64,000 nucleotides of DNA from Pelagibacteraceae bacterium (GCA_038133865.1 JAYPUB010000001.1:31-64030); one strand, 5' to 3'. Positions 33,359-45,400 are shown, numbered from the stretch's first letter. A program made the numbers and translations. Notes: generated by a model not told the origin, from the letters alone.

Positions 33359-33882
33359 AGAATTTTCTCAATTGCTTTTATCAACTTTTCGCTATTTGGT
33401 TTTGTGAAAGAGCTAAAATGCTCTACAACTTGACCGTTTTTATTTATCAATACTTTATAAAAATTCCATTTTGGTTGTGAGCCGTGAGTTTCTTTTACCC
33501 ATTTATAGAAAGGATGAGCATTATCACCTTTGACACTTGTGATATCTGTCATTGGAAAATTTATACCAAAGTTAACTTCACAAAACTTTTTAACCTCTTC
33601 TTTGTTTTTAAGCTCTTGTTTAAAATCGTTAGAAGATACACCAATTACCGCAAAATTTTTCTGCTTATACTTGTCCCACAATGCTTGTAATCCTTCATAT
33701 TGATTAGTAAAACCGCATTTGCTTGCAACATTAGTTATAAGAATAGTTTTACCTTTAAAAATAGATAGATCTAATTCATCTCCGTTAATACTCTTAAATT
33801 TAAAATCATATGCAGTTTTCATATTTGCATATGTTAATGTATTTATAAAAAAAACTATAATTAAATATTTAAGCAGCCGCAT
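33355..33882 (-). CDS. glutathione peroxidase family protein (Cys type, signal peptide)
   Basis: NVASKCGFT, SNDF.QE, PKWNFYKVLI motifs. Confidence 0.93.
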   Translation of the reverse strand: MRLLKYLIIVFFINTLTYANMKTAYDFKFKSINGDELDLSIFKGKTILITNVASKCGFTNQYEGLQALWDKYKQKNFAVIGVSSNDFKQELKNKEEVKKFCEVNFGINFPMTDITSVKGDNAHPFYKWVKETHGSQPKWNFYKVLINKNGQVVEHFSSFTKPNSEKLIKAIEKIL

Positions 33883-35056
33883 GTTTTTTTGAACAAATTA
33901 TAAGAAGCGCATATCCTAATAATGTTGAAAATAATGACCCTAATAAAACACCAATTTTAACTCCATCAATAATATCTGAATTTGGAAAGGCCAGATTTCC
34001 TACAAATAAACTCATAGTGAAACCAATTCCTGTTAGTACACCAGTACCATAGAAACTAATCCATCTTGCTCCAGATGGCATTTCAGCTAGTCCAAATTTT
34101 ATTGCTGCATAAGAAAATGTAAACACCCCTAATTGTTTGCCTACAAATAAACCTAGGCAAATACCCAAAGGAACTGGTGTAAACAATTGCATAATTGACA
34201 TACCATCAAAATTAACTCCTGCGTTGGCAAAAGCAAAAATTGGCATAATTATAAAAGAAACATATGGAGCTAAAGAGTGCTCTATATGTTTTAACATAGA
34301 TGTTCCATGATGTGACTTATCAGTTTTATGAGGAATTGTTATTGCTAAAAGAACTCCAGCAATAGTTGCGTGTACACCAGACTCGTGGGTAAAGAACCAC
34401 ATAAAGATCCCTACAATTAAGTATGCAGTAAAATATTTAACATTTAATTTATTAAAAATAATTAATATGGCAAAACATAAAAACATTAATGATAGATAAA
34501 TAATATTTAATTTAGTTGTATAAAATAATGCAATGATAATTACAGCTCCCATATCGTCAATAATCGCTAAAGCGACTAAAAAAACTTTTAACGATAATGG
34601 AACCCTTGAACCCAACAAAGATAAAATTCCAATCGAAAAAGCAATATCGGTAGCAGAAGGTATTGCCCAACCCCTAAGAGTTTCTGGTGTTTGGAGATTA
34701 AAACCAACATATATTAATGCTGGGACTAACATACCTCCTGCAGCACCTAAAATTGGTAACGCCGCTTGGGTAGGGCGGGATAATTCACCTTCAACAAATT
34801 CTCTTTTAATTTCCAGACCAACTACTAAGAAAAAAATAGCCATTAACGCATCATTGATCCAATGAAACAAAGACAGTTTTAACTTAAAATCACCAAAACC
34901 AAGCGCATAATAAGTTTTTAAAGCCTTAAAATAATCATCTGATAAAGCTGAATTACTAATAATTAGAGCAATAATTGTCATTATTAATAATGTTATTCCA
35001 GCAGTGGATTCATGTTTGATGTACCACTTAAAAAATGAGGAAATTTTATTAATCAC
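33869..35056 (-). CDS. nhaA: Na+/H+ antiporter NhaA
   Basis: WINDALMAIFF, GWAIPSATDIAF, LAIIDD, GIGFTMSLF. Confidence 0.97.
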   Translation of the reverse strand: MINKISSFFKWYIKHESTAGITLLIMTIIALIISNSALSDDYFKALKTYYALGFGDFKLKLSLFHWINDALMAIFFLVVGLEIKREFVEGELSRPTQAALPILGAAGGMLVPALIYVGFNLQTPETLRGWAIPSATDIAFSIGILSLLGSRVPLSLKVFLVALAIIDDMGAVIIIALFYTTKLNIIYLSLMFLCFAILIIFNKLNVKYFTAYLIVGIFMWFFTHESGVHATIAGVLLAITIPHKTDKSHHGTSMLKHIEHSLAPYVSFIIMPIFAFANAGVNFDGMSIMQLFTPVPLGICLGLFVGKQLGVFTFSYAAIKFGLAEMPSGARWISFYGTGVLTGIGFTMSLFVGNLAFPNSDIIDGVKIGVLLGSLFSTLLGYALLIICSKKHAAA

Positions 35057-35141
35057 GATGAGTTTTCTATCATTTTCATTTTGAAATTGAAATTCTTAAT
35101 TCTTTAAAAGATGATTAAAATATGTATATAAGACGTTCTGT

Positions 35142-35218
<77 letters not shown>

Positions 35219-35234
35219 AAAAAAAAGGATAAAA

Positions 35235-35570
35235 ATGAAAAATTTATTAAAAAATTCTTTGCTTATATTATTATTTTTAACATCAAATTCCTATTCACAG
35301 AGTTTTACTTGTAATAATGGACAAGAGATGGAAGGATTAGAAATTTTAGAATTTAATCTTTCTAATGACAAAAAAAACTTAACTTATGCAAATAACACTG
35401 TTGAAATAAAAGATAATGGTAAAAATTATACATGGACTATCATAGAAAAGCCATATCCAATGAATCCAAAAAAAACTCTTGATGTTAAAAGAGAACTTAA
35501 AAAAGATCTTTCTAGCATGATTGTTTATGGCATTGAAAAAACAAAATGGAAATGTACTTTAAAAAAATAA
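35235..35570 (+). CDS. hypothetical exported protein (111 aa)
   Basis: ATG 35235 with AAGGA SD; signal peptide [21 protein letters not shown]; Cys near both ends of the mature part; the ORF-track start lies inside tRNA-Pro. Confidence 0.75.
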   Translation: MKNLLKNSLLILLFLTSNSYSQSFTCNNGQEMEGLEILEFNLSNDKKNLTYANNTVEIKDNGKNYTWTIIEKPYPMNPKKTLDVKRELKKDLSSMIVYGIEKTKWKCTLKK

Positions 35571-35574
35571 ATCT

Positions 35575-35856
35575 ATGAGAAAAGCAAAAATTTACATTCC
35601 TTCAAAGACTGCGATGCAATCAGGAAAAAATAAAAGTAATTATTGGCTATTAGAATTTTTTAAAAAAAAAACTTTTAATGACTATCTTATGAATTGGACA
35701 TCCTCTTCAGATACACAATCACAAGTTAAATTATTTTTTCAAACAAAAGAAAAGGCAGTTGAATATGCAAAAAAAAATAATATAGATTTTGAGATTATAG
35801 AGCCAAAAAAAAATAAACCAAAAATTAAATCATACGCAGATAATTTTTTATCTTAA
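35575..35856 (+). CDS. ETC complex I accessory subunit (NDUFS4-like)
   Basis: AKIY.PSKTAMQSG..W.LEF...LM.WTSSSDT.SQV.L.F...E.AV.YA...KSYADNF. Confidence 0.92.
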   Translation: MRKAKIYIPSKTAMQSGKNKSNYWLLEFFKKKTFNDYLMNWTSSSDTQSQVKLFFQTKEKAVEYAKKNNIDFEIIEPKKNKPKIKSYADNFLS

Positions 35857-35859
35857 AAA

Positions 35860-36834
35860 ATGTTAAAAAGTTTTTTTTTAAATAGAAAGTGGCTTCTGTG
35901 GTCTTGGGGTGGTGGTTTTTTTTTAATTATTTCTCTTTTAATACAAGTTACCATTACTGTAAAAATTAATGAATGGTATAAGGGTTTCTACGATCTTTTA
36001 CAGAAACCTACTGAAAATGACATTTCAATGTTTTGGGATAAAATTTTGGAGTTTGTTTATTTAGCAATGCCATATGTTATTCTTGCGACATTTACAGCGT
36101 ACTTTACTAGATTGTATGCATTCAGATGGAGAGAGGCAATGACATTTGATTATATACCTATTTGGACTTCAGGTAGGGTAAAAGTTGAAGGGTCTGCACA
36201 AAGATTGCAAGAAGACACAATGAGATTTGCTAAAATTGTAGAAAGTTTAGGTCTTCAGGTTGTTAGAGCAATTATGACATTAATTGCGTTTACACCAATC
36301 CTATGGTCATTATCGGATAAAGTTGAAGTTGAATTTCTAAAAACTATACCAGGATCTCTTGTTTGGGTAGCTTTTGCAACGAGTTTAGGAAGTTTATTAA
36401 TAAGTTGGTTTGTTGGAATTAAGTTACCTGGTTTAGAATACAATAATCAAAAAGTTGAAGCAAAATTTAGAAAAGAATTAGTTTATGGTGAGGATGATAG
36501 AGATAATTATGCTAAACCAGATACAATTTTTCAATTGTTTACAGGTATAAAATTTAATTACCACCGTCTTTTTTTGCACTATGGCTACTTTGATATTTGG
36601 GTAAATATTTATGATCAATTTATGGTTATTGTTCCATATTTAGTTATGGCACCCGGCTTATTTACTGGGGCAATAACTCTAGGATTCGTAATACAAGTGT
36701 CGAATGCATTTGCGAGAGTACATAGTAGCTTTTCTTTATTCACACACAACTGGACTACTATCACAGAACTAAGGTCAATTTATAAAAGATTAAACGAATT
36801 CGAAACTGCAATTGGATATAAGAAAATTGCTTAG
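35860..36834 (+). CDS. SbmA/BacA-like membrane transporter (no ATPase domain)
   Basis: NEWY.GFYDLLQ, FRWREAM, EGSAQRLQEDT, NQKVEAKFRKELVYGED, W.TI.EL.SIYKRL.EFE. Confidence 0.85.
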   Translation: MLKSFFLNRKWLLWSWGGGFFLIISLLIQVTITVKINEWYKGFYDLLQKPTENDISMFWDKILEFVYLAMPYVILATFTAYFTRLYAFRWREAMTFDYIPIWTSGRVKVEGSAQRLQEDTMRFAKIVESLGLQVVRAIMTLIAFTPILWSLSDKVEVEFLKTIPGSLVWVAFATSLGSLLISWFVGIKLPGLEYNNQKVEAKFRKELVYGEDDRDNYAKPDTIFQLFTGIKFNYHRLFLHYGYFDIWVNIYDQFMVIVPYLVMAPGLFTGAITLGFVIQVSNAFARVHSSFSLFTHNWTTITELRSIYKRLNEFETAIGYKKIA

Positions 36835-38882
36835 CCTGTATCAATGATATTTAAAACTCTATCTTTTTTGAATATTTTAAGCAAAATATTAAAATTTTGA
36901 TATGATTTTTCCTCAATTCTCTCTATGTTTTTTTTTGCAATTTCAAATAGATGAGAGTGATAAAGCGGATCTGCTATAATAAAATCTTTTTCACCGCTTT
37001 GTTTATAGCCAATAATGTCTCCAAAACCTCTTAATTTCAAATCTTCTTCAGAAATAAAAAAACCATCATTAGATTCTTTCATAATTTTTAATCTTTTTTT
37101 TCCAGTTTCTGAAATTGAAGATGAATAGACAAGGAGACAATGTGCCTTTGAACCGGACCTACCAACTCTACCTCTTAACTGATGTAACTGGGCTAATCCA
37201 AATCTTTCTGCATTCTCTATAACTATAGTATTAGCATTTGGGTTATCAATACCAACTTCTATGACCGTGGTTGAAATAATACATTTTAAATTACCCTTGG
37301 TGAAGTTATTCATAATCTCTTCTTTTTCATTTTTTTTAATTGATCCATGAAGTAAACCAACATTTGATTTAATTTTTTTTTTCAAAAAATCATATCTTTT
37401 AGTTGCTGCGGTTAATCTTATTTTTTCACTTTCTTCAATGATTGGACATACCCAATAAATTTGATCTCCAATATCAATTTTTTTATTTACAAAATTTATT
37501 ACCTCATCAAGTTTATCTAAAGGTTTAGTTAATGTTTCAATATTATCACTAATAAAAGGTTTATTTTTTATTGTTGAAATATTCATATCACCATAGTTTG
37601 TAAGAACCAATGTTCTTGGTATTGGTGTTGCTGTCATTAATATAACATCTGTATTGTTTGACCCTTTTTGTGATAGATTTATTCTCTGTTTAACCCCAAA
37701 TTTATGCTGCTCATCTATAACTATTAAACCTAAATTATTAAATTCAATTTTATCTTGAAATAAAGAGTGTGTACCAATCAATATATTTATTTTATTTTCT
37801 TTTAATTGAGATTTAATAGTTTTTTGATCTTGCATTTTTGTTCTGCCTGTTAATACTTCAATATGTAAATTGAAATTTTTTAAAATTTTCTTAAATAAAT
37901 TGTAATGTTGAATTGCTAATATTTCTGTTGGAACCATTATTGCAGTTTGAAAATTTAATTTTGAATTTAAATATGACGCAATTAAAGCAACTATTGTTTT
38001 TCCTGATCCCACGTCGCCTTGCAAAACTCTCATCATTTTTTTATTAGAACTCATGTCTTTAATTATTTCTTTTAGGCAGGTGTTTTGATCTTCTGTTAAT
38101 TTAAATGGTATTGATTTTAGTATTATATCAACATCAAGACTACTTATCTTTTTTGGTTGTTTGATAATTTTTTCAATTCTTTTTTTTATCTCACTAAAAA
38201 TTAATAAGTTACTAAATATTTCATCATACGCTAAACGTTCATAAAATCTTGAATTTTTATTAACGTCATCAGTTGTAATAGGGTTGTGAATTCTTTTTAT
38301 ACTTTCAGACCACGATACCCAATTCATTTTTTTTAAAAAAACCTCATCATGCCAGTCTGTAATTTTTTTTAAATTATTAGCTTCATCACTATAAATTCTT
38401 TGAAGCGTTTTATCAGAAACTCCTGTTATGGAATGGTATTTGGACATAATTTTTTTAATATCAGAACCTTTTTCAGTAGCCCTAATATAATCTGGATTAG
38501 TTATTTGATATTTATTTTTATAAATATTAACTTTACCGCTAATTACAACTTCTTCATTTAAAGGTAATATTTGTTTAATATAATTTTCTCGAGAATTAAA
38601 AAAAACTATATCAATTTTGCTAAATTCATCTTTACATGTAACTCTGCTAGGTAAATTTCTTATTCTTGGAAAATTATATTTAATTGGTGTAGCAAATACA
38701 GTGGAAATTTTTCCAACTTCTAACTGATCTAATTTTGGGCAAAATCGTCTATCTATACAACCTGTAGGCAAATTTAATAATAAATCAATCTTGTTAAATA
38801 TGTTTTTTTCTTCTAACTTTTTTTGAATTTTAGGTCCTATGCCTTTGATTTTTATTATTGGATCAAAAAGTTCATTTTTCAT
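36831..38882 (-). CDS. recG: ATP-dependent DNA helicase RecG
   Basis: LQGDVGSGKT, DEQHKFG, MTATPIPRTL, QLHQLRGRVGR. Confidence 0.97.
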   Translation of the reverse strand: MKNELFDPIIKIKGIGPKIQKKLEEKNIFNKIDLLLNLPTGCIDRRFCPKLDQLEVGKISTVFATPIKYNFPRIRNLPSRVTCKDEFSKIDIVFFNSRENYIKQILPLNEEVVISGKVNIYKNKYQITNPDYIRATEKGSDIKKIMSKYHSITGVSDKTLQRIYSDEANNLKKITDWHDEVFLKKMNWVSWSESIKRIHNPITTDDVNKNSRFYERLAYDEIFSNLLIFSEIKKRIEKIIKQPKKISSLDVDIILKSIPFKLTEDQNTCLKEIIKDMSSNKKMMRVLQGDVGSGKTIVALIASYLNSKLNFQTAIMVPTEILAIQHYNLFKKILKNFNLHIEVLTGRTKMQDQKTIKSQLKENKINILIGTHSLFQDKIEFNNLGLIVIDEQHKFGVKQRINLSQKGSNNTDVILMTATPIPRTLVLTNYGDMNISTIKNKPFISDNIETLTKPLDKLDEVINFVNKKIDIGDQIYWVCPIIEESEKIRLTAATKRYDFLKKKIKSNVGLLHGSIKKNEKEEIMNNFTKGNLKCIISTTVIEVGIDNPNANTIVIENAERFGLAQLHQLRGRVGRSGSKAHCLLVYSSSISETGKKRLKIMKESNDGFFISEEDLKLRGFGDIIGYKQSGEKDFIIADPLYHSHLFEIAKKNIERIEEKSYQNFNILLKIFKKDRVLNIIDTG

Positions 38883-38917
38883 TGATTATAATTATTATTT
38901 TTATATTTATTTTCTTA

Positions 38918-39175
38918 GTGAGCAACACTGACTTTATAAAAAAATTATTATTTAGATCTACCCACAGAGGCACTAAAGAAATGGATATTGTTCTTGGTGG
39001 CTTTTTTAAAAATAATTATTCTATTTTAACCAAATCGGATCTTAAAGAATTTGAGGCTTTATTGGAGTCTAGTGATAAAGTTTTGACTGATTATTTTGTA
39101 ATGAAACAACCCAATTTGAAATTAGATTCCATTGGAGTAGTAAAAAAAATATTAAATTATCTAGAAGATCATTAA
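38918..39175 (+). CDS. sdhE: succinate dehydrogenase assembly factor (SdhE/Sdh5)
   Basis: KLLFRSTHRGTKEMD RGxxE motif; GTG 38918 chosen as start; divergent from recG as in other alphaproteobacteria. Confidence 0.88.
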   Translation: MSNTDFIKKLLFRSTHRGTKEMDIVLGGFFKNNYSILTKSDLKEFEALLESSDKVLTDYFVMKQPNLKLDSIGVVKKILNYLEDH

Positions 39176-39218
39176 TAATAGGTTGTATTATAAATGATTT
39201 AGTTTAAATACATCGATC

Positions 39219-39503
39219 ATGGACGGAAAAGCTTTAGGACAATTCATACCATTAATTTTAATTTTTGTAATATTTTATTTTTTATTGATTAGACCGCAGC
39301 AAAAAAGAATAAAAGAACATAAAGCAATGGTTGAAGCTTTAACAAGAGGTGATAACGTTGTAACGGCTGGTGGAATTGTGGGCAAAGTTGTTAGAGTGTT
39401 AGACAATGATAAAGCTGAATTAGAAATTTCAAACAATGTTACAGTCCAAGTAGTAAAATCTACAATTTCCCAAGTTTTAAGCAAAACTGAACCAAAAAAA
39501 TAG
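39219..39503 (+). CDS. yajC: preprotein translocase subunit YajC
   Basis: FYFLLIRPQQKR, GDNVVTAGGIVG. Confidence 0.96.
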   Translation: MDGKALGQFIPLILIFVIFYFLLIRPQQKRIKEHKAMVEALTRGDNVVTAGGIVGKVVRVLDNDKAELEISNNVTVQVVKSTISQVLSKTEPKK

Positions 39504-39509
39504 TTTAGT

Positions 39510-41057
39510 GTGTTACATTTTTCTAGATTAAAAATTTTTTCTATTTTTTTTATTATATTTGTAGGCTTTTTATATTTTATACCGAATTTTTTAAAATCAG
39601 ATCATCTTTTATTACCAAATAAAAAAGTTGTTTTGGGTTTAGATTTACAAGGTGGTTCTTATCTCTTATTAGAGGTTAACTCCAAACCATTATTTGAAGA
39701 AAAACTAGAACTAAAATCTTTTGATATAAGAAAAAAACTTAGATCTGAAAGATTAAATTACAAAAACTTTAAAACTAATAATCTTAATATATCTTTTGAA
39801 ATTGACAGCGATAGAAAAACAGATTTTCAAAAAATATTTAATTCAAACGATATAAATCAAAAATTAAATGAAACAGACAAAGAGCTTATATATATATTCA
39901 CTCAAAATAATGTTCAGATCAATTTTAGTGAAACTTATCTTAAAAGAGTAAAAAAGAATGCTATGGAGCAGTCATTAGAAATTATTCGTTCAAGAATTGA
40001 TGAGCTAGGAACTAGAGAACCAACAATTATAGCTCAAGGAGATGAAAGAATATTAGTAGAGTTACCAGGTATTAAAAATCCAAAAAAAATAAAAGACATT
40101 ATTGGCACTACAGCAAAGTTAACTTTTAAATTTTTAGCTGACAATGACGCAAAACCAAATAGTTTTGACAAGCTTCAATCAAAAAATAATTTAGAAACAT
40201 ATAATATTGAAAAAAAATTAATTCTTTCTGGTGAGCATTTAACTGATGCTCAGCCAGGATTTGATAATTTAAACAATTCTTCAGTAGTAAATTTCAAATT
40301 AGATGGATTTGGATCCAAAAAATTTGCCTACGCTACAAAAAACAACATTGGAAGACGACTTGCAATCATAATGGATGATAAAGTTGTAAGTGCACCAGTT
40401 ATAAGAGATGCAATCACAACTGGTAACGGTCAAATTTCAGGTGGTTTTAGCGTAGAGGAAGCAAACAACCTTGCAATTGTTTTAAGATCAGGTGCTCTAC
40501 CTGCGCCAATGTCAATTATTGAAGAAAGAACAGTTGGACCAGACTTAGGTAAAGAAAGTATTGATAAAGGAATAGTCTCTTTAATTATCGGTTTCATTTT
40601 AGTTATTTTTTATATTTTTTTAAACTATAGAGTTTTTGGTCTTTTCGCTAATATTTCTTTATTAATTAATTTAATATTACTTCTATCTATTCTTACTATT
40701 ATAGAATCAACATTAACATTACCCGGCATAGCTGGAATTATATTAACTGTGGGTATGGCTGTAGATGCAAATGTTTTAATATATGAAAGGATAAAAGAAG
40801 AGCTTAATATAGAAAAAAATATAATTATTGCATTTGATAATGGTTATAAAAGAGTTTTAACAACATTACTTGACGCAAATATTACAACGTTAATAGCGGC
40901 TTTTGTTCTTTATTTTATTGGTAGTGGACCAATTAAAGGATTCGCAATTACTTTAGCAGTAGGAATAATTACTTCGTTGTTTACAACATTTGTTTTGGGA
41001 AGGCTGTTTGTTTCTTTGTATGTAAGATCAAAAAAAAATGAGGAATTAAAAATATAA
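39510..41057 (+). CDS. secD: protein translocase subunit SecD
   Basis: LGLDLQGG, RIDELG, LRSGALP, VGPDLG, GMAVDANVLIYERI. Confidence 0.97.
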   Translation: MLHFSRLKIFSIFFIIFVGFLYFIPNFLKSDHLLLPNKKVVLGLDLQGGSYLLLEVNSKPLFEEKLELKSFDIRKKLRSERLNYKNFKTNNLNISFEIDSDRKTDFQKIFNSNDINQKLNETDKELIYIFTQNNVQINFSETYLKRVKKNAMEQSLEIIRSRIDELGTREPTIIAQGDERILVELPGIKNPKKIKDIIGTTAKLTFKFLADNDAKPNSFDKLQSKNNLETYNIEKKLILSGEHLTDAQPGFDNLNNSSVVNFKLDGFGSKKFAYATKNNIGRRLAIIMDDKVVSAPVIRDAITTGNGQISGGFSVEEANNLAIVLRSGALPAPMSIIEERTVGPDLGKESIDKGIVSLIIGFILVIFYIFLNYRVFGLFANISLLINLILLLSILTIIESTLTLPGIAGIILTVGMAVDANVLIYERIKEELNIEKNIIIAFDNGYKRVLTTLLDANITTLIAAFVLYFIGSGPIKGFAITLAVGIITSLFTTFVLGRLFVSLYVRSKKNEELKI

Positions 41058-41965
41058 TGATTAATATTTATCAAAAAAAAATATCCTTTTTAAAACATTA
41101 CAAAAAATTTTATATTTTATCTTTAATTTTAATTTCAATCTCAATATTTTCTCTATTTTCCAGAGGCCTAAATCTAGGAATTGATTTTAAAGGAGGAACT
41201 ATTATTGAAATGCAGTTTAATGAATCATTTTCAGCATCAAAAATACGCTCGTCTCTTTTGGAGTTAAATTTAGGAGATGTTAAAGTTAAAGAGTTTGGTG
41301 ATGATAAAACCTTTTTAACTATTTTAGAAAAAAAAAGTGGAAAAAGTAATTTTATTAATGAAATTAAATTAAATTTAGAAAAAAAATTAAACAAAAGTAT
41401 TAATTTTAGACGAGTTGAAATGGTTGGTCCAAAAATAAGCGATGAATTAACTCAATCAGGCATTTATGCTGTCCTAATTGCATTGGTTTTAATGCTGTTT
41501 TATATCTGGATAAGATTTGAATGGCAATTTAGTCTGGGTGCAATTTTAGCTCTTTGTCATGACGTTATTTTAACACTTGGAGCCTTTAGTGTAATTAGTT
41601 TTGAATTTAATCTCTCAATTATTGCTGCAGTTTTGACAATAGTTGGCTATTCCATGAATGATACTGTTGTTATTTACGATAGAATTAGAGAAAATTTAAA
41701 AAAAGATGAAAGTACCAGTTTATCAGATTTAATTAATCTTTCTATTAACGAAACTTTACCTAGAACTCTCAAAACTTCTATTACTACCTTATTAGCATTG
41801 ATAGCAATATATTTTTTTGGTGGAGAAATATTAAAAGGTTTTTCATTTGCTTTAATTTGGGGTGTAGTTGTTGGAACTTATTCCTCAATATTTATAGCTT
41901 CACCATTAATATTAATTTTTAATGTAAAAAGAAATTGGAATGAAGTAGTTGATAATACACCTTAA
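41057..41965 (+). CDS. secF: protein translocase subunit SecF
   Basis: [38 protein letters not shown]. Confidence 0.97.
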   Translation: MINIYQKKISFLKHYKKFYILSLILISISIFSLFSRGLNLGIDFKGGTIIEMQFNESFSASKIRSSLLELNLGDVKVKEFGDDKTFLTILEKKSGKSNFINEIKLNLEKKLNKSINFRRVEMVGPKISDELTQSGIYAVLIALVLMLFYIWIRFEWQFSLGAILALCHDVILTLGAFSVISFEFNLSIIAAVLTIVGYSMNDTVVIYDRIRENLKKDESTSLSDLINLSINETLPRTLKTSITTLLALIAIYFFGGEILKGFSFALIWGVVVGTYSSIFIASPLILIFNVKRNWNEVVDNTP

Positions 41966-44844
41966 GCTGAAATTTTTAATTTATTTTTAGTTTTTAAAAT
42001 TTTTTCTAAATATTGACCGGTATAACTATTTTTCATTTTTATTAAATCTTCAGGTTTTCCTTGGAATAAAATATGACCTCCATTATCTCCACCTTCTGGT
42101 CCCATATCAATAACCCAGTCAGCAGTTTTTATAACATCCATATTATGCTCAATAACAATAACTGTATTTCCTTTTTGAACAAAAGCTTGTAAAACTTCTA
42201 GTAATTTTTTTATATCATGAGCATGAAGTCCAGTTGTTGGTTCATCTAAAATATAAATTGTTCGACCCGTAGATCTTTTTGAAAGTTCTTTTGCAAGCTT
42301 TATTCTTTGAGCCTCTCCACCTGACAATGTAGTAGCCTGTTGGCCAATTTTCATATAACCAAGACCTACTTTTTTTAATGTTAAGAGTTTATCTTTGATC
42401 ACAGGTATGTTTTCAAAAAATAAAACACCTTCATCTACACTCATATCTAATACATCTGCTATACTTTTGTTTTTATACGTTACACTTAAAGTTTCTCTAT
42501 TGTATCTTTTACCTTTACAAACATCACATTGTACAAAAACATCAGGTAAAAAATGCATTTCATAAGTTATTACTCCATCACCTTCGCAAGCTTCACATCT
42601 TCCTCCTTTAACATTAAATGAAAATCTTCCAGGTTTATAGCCTCTGCTTTTAGCTTCAGGTAAAGCTGCAAACCAATCTCTAATTGGAGTAAATGCCCCC
42701 GAGTATGTAGCTGGGTTTGATCTAGGTGTTCTTCCTATTGGAGATTGATCAATATCTATAATTTTATCCAAATATTCAAAGCCCTTAATTCCTTTAAAGG
42801 GTTGAGGCATATGTCTTGAATAGGACTTGTTTATCATTAAATTTAAAGCTCTATACAACGTGTGTAATACAGCTGTAGATTTTCCACTGCCCGATACACC
42901 TGTTACACAGCTAAATGTCCCGAGTGGAAATTGAAGATTTACATTCTTCAAATTATTTCCAGTACACCCAGTTAATTGTAAATATCTTCCATTTTTTGCA
43001 GATCTTCTATTTTGCGGAATAGAGATAAATTTTCTTCCAGACAAGTAATCACCAGTTATGCTTATTTTACTATTTTTAATTTCTTCAAAATTTCCTTGAG
43101 CTACAACTTTGCCTCCATTAATTCCAGCTTCAGGTCCAATATCAATAATATGATCCGAGGTTAACATAGCTTCTTCATCGTGCTCTACTACAATTACAGA
43201 ATTTCCAAGATCTCTTAATCTTTTTAATGCTTCTAATAATTTGGAATTATCTTTTTGATGAAGGCCAATTGATGGTTCATCTAACACGTATAGGACACCC
43301 TGTAAGCCAGAACCAATCTGAGAAGCCAACCTTATCCTTTGCGACTCACCTCCAGATAATGTTCCAGATGCTCTTGATAAATTTAAATAATCTAATCCTA
43401 CATTTACTAAAAACTTTAATCTTTCATTTATTTCTTTAAGAACATGTTTTGCAATTTCATTTTGTTTTTCAGTTAAAATATTTGGTAATTTTAAAAACCA
43501 TTGGTTGGCTTCTTTTATTGAAAGCTTTGTTACCTCACTAATATTTTTATTATTAATTTTTATACAAAGAGCCTCTTCTTTTAATCTAAAACCATTACAA
43601 TTACTGCATTCCTTCTCACTTTGATATTGGGATATTTCTTCTCTTTTCCAGTCGCTTTCCGTTTCTAAATATTTTCTTTCTAAGTTAGTGATCACACCTT
43701 CAAATGTTTTTGTACTGGAATACTTGCCATAACCATCATCATATGAAAATTTTATTTCCTCTTCACTTGATCCATAAAGAATTATTTCTTGAATTTTTTT
43801 TGGAATATTTTTCCATGAGTCATTTAATGAAAATTTATAATGCTTAGCCAAAGATGACAAAGTTTGAGCATAGTATAACGATGAGCTTGACGACCACGGT
43901 TTTATACACCCATCTGCCAATGATACTTTTTCATTTGGTATTACTAATTTTGGATCAACAAATAAATCCATTCCTAAACCATCACATTCTGTACAAGCAC
44001 CGAATGGAGAATTAAAAGAAAATAATCTAGGTTCAATTTCTTCTATAGTAAAACCACTTTCAGGGCAGGCAAATTTAGAAGAAAATGTTAATTTTAGATC
44101 TTTTTGATGTTCTTTGGGTAAACTTTCATTTCTGTATTCAGCATAAATTAATCCATCAGATAATTTTAAACCAGATTCAATACTTTCTGAAATTCTTTTT
44201 ATTTCATCTTTTTTATTTACAAATTTATCGATTTGAATGTCAATATTATGCTTTAACTTTTTGTTTAATATAGGCGCTTCTTCGATATCATAAATTTTAT
44301 TATCAATTCTTATTTTTTCATAACCCTGTTTTTTTAAACTTTGTATTTCTTTTTTATATTCACCTTTTCTTCCGCGGACTATAGGAGAGAAAATAGTTAT
44401 TTTAGATGGTTTGGGTAAATCTAAAATTTTATCTACAATTTCAGAAACTGTTTGAGATTTAATTTCCTTGCCAGTAAATGGCGAGTAGGGAATTCCAACT
44501 CTAGCATAAAGGACTCTCATATAATCATAAATTTCAGTAACAGTGGCAACAATTGATCTTGGGTTTTTAGACGTTGTTTTTTGTTCTATTGAAATTGCTG
44601 GAGACAAACCTTCGATCAGATCAACATTTGGCTTTTTCATTTTGTCCAAAAACTGTCTCGCATATGCAGATAAGCTTTCTACATATCTTCTTTGACCTTC
44701 TGCGTATATTGTATCAAACGCTAATGAAGATTTTCCTGATCCCGATAAGCCTGTAATTATGACTAATTTTTCTCTAGGTATCTCAACAGAGAGATTTTTT
44801 AAATTATGCTCTTTTGCCCCTTTAACTACTATGTTTTTTAGCAT
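41962..44844 (-). CDS. uvrA: excinuclease ABC subunit A
   Basis: Two ABC ATPase modules ([21 protein letters not shown]), Zn fingers. Confidence 0.98.
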   Translation of the reverse strand: MLKNIVVKGAKEHNLKNLSVEIPREKLVIITGLSGSGKSSLAFDTIYAEGQRRYVESLSAYARQFLDKMKKPNVDLIEGLSPAISIEQKTTSKNPRSIVATVTEIYDYMRVLYARVGIPYSPFTGKEIKSQTVSEIVDKILDLPKPSKITIFSPIVRGRKGEYKKEIQSLKKQGYEKIRIDNKIYDIEEAPILNKKLKHNIDIQIDKFVNKKDEIKRISESIESGLKLSDGLIYAEYRNESLPKEHQKDLKLTFSSKFACPESGFTIEEIEPRLFSFNSPFGACTECDGLGMDLFVDPKLVIPNEKVSLADGCIKPWSSSSSLYYAQTLSSLAKHYKFSLNDSWKNIPKKIQEIILYGSSEEEIKFSYDDGYGKYSSTKTFEGVITNLERKYLETESDWKREEISQYQSEKECSNCNGFRLKEEALCIKINNKNISEVTKLSIKEANQWFLKLPNILTEKQNEIAKHVLKEINERLKFLVNVGLDYLNLSRASGTLSGGESQRIRLASQIGSGLQGVLYVLDEPSIGLHQKDNSKLLEALKRLRDLGNSVIVVEHDEEAMLTSDHIIDIGPEAGINGGKVVAQGNFEEIKNSKISITGDYLSGRKFISIPQNRRSAKNGRYLQLTGCTGNNLKNVNLQFPLGTFSCVTGVSGSGKSTAVLHTLYRALNLMINKSYSRHMPQPFKGIKGFEYLDKIIDIDQSPIGRTPRSNPATYSGAFTPIRDWFAALPEAKSRGYKPGRFSFNVKGGRCEACEGDGVITYEMHFLPDVFVQCDVCKGKRYNRETLSVTYKNKSIADVLDMSVDEGVLFFENIPVIKDKLLTLKKVGLGYMKIGQQATTLSGGEAQRIKLAKELSKRSTGRTIYILDEPTTGLHAHDIKKLLEVLQAFVQKGNTVIVIEHNMDVIKTADWVIDMGPEGGDNGGHILFQGKPEDLIKMKNSYTGQYLEKILKTKNKLKISA

Positions 44845-44931
44845 GCCTGTTGATGGTTTTAATAATAATTAGTTATATATTAAGACTGATATATGTTAAA
44901 ATAAGAACAATTAAAATCACAAAAAATCGCT

Positions 44932-45390
44932 ATGGCTGGTAGTTTAAATAAAGTTTTACTCATTGGTAGATTGGGAAATGACCCTGAAATTAAGCAAATG
45001 TCTAATGGAAAGAATGTTGCAAGACTTAGCATTGCAACCTCTGAAACATGGAAAGACAAAAACTCTGGAGAAAGAAAAGAAAAAACTGAGTGGCATAGAG
45101 TAGTTATTTTTAATGAAGGTCTGGTTAATGTTGTTCAACAATACTTAAAAAAGGGAGCTCAAGTATATATTGAGGGTCAAATTCAAACGACGAAATATAC
45201 CGATAATAATGGTCAAGAAAAATATAGTACTCAAATAATATTACAGGGATACAATTCAACTTTGACTATGCTTGGAGGGGCAGGATCAAATAATAAAATC
45301 GATGATAGTAATATGAACCAAGATTCTAGCTCCTTACCATCAGATAATAATGTTTCATCAAAAGATTTAGATGATGAAGTACCTTTTTAA
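44932..45390 (+). CDS. ssb: single-stranded DNA-binding protein
   Basis: SLNKV.LIG.LG.DPE, KTEWHRV, acidic tail DDEVPF. Confidence 0.98.
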   Translation: MAGSLNKVLLIGRLGNDPEIKQMSNGKNVARLSIATSETWKDKNSGERKEKTEWHRVVIFNEGLVNVVQQYLKKGAQVYIEGQIQTTKYTDNNGQEKYSTQIILQGYNSTLTMLGGAGSNNKIDDSNMNQDSSSLPSDNNVSSKDLDDEVPF

Positions 45391-45400
45391 CATAAGTTAA

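Noticed and set aside
44874-44901. dif-like string ending ATATGTTAAAA between uvrA and ssb
   Set aside because: Only the XerD-like half resembles dif (9/11), there is no ATAA-ending left arm, it lies in an AT-rich divergent promoter, and a KOPS-like octamer at 47704 still points rightwards past it.
44905-44920. Possible alphaproteobacterial LexA box (GAAC-N7-GAAC) upstream of ssb/uvrA
   Set aside because: Second half-site reads ATCA; too poor a match to call.
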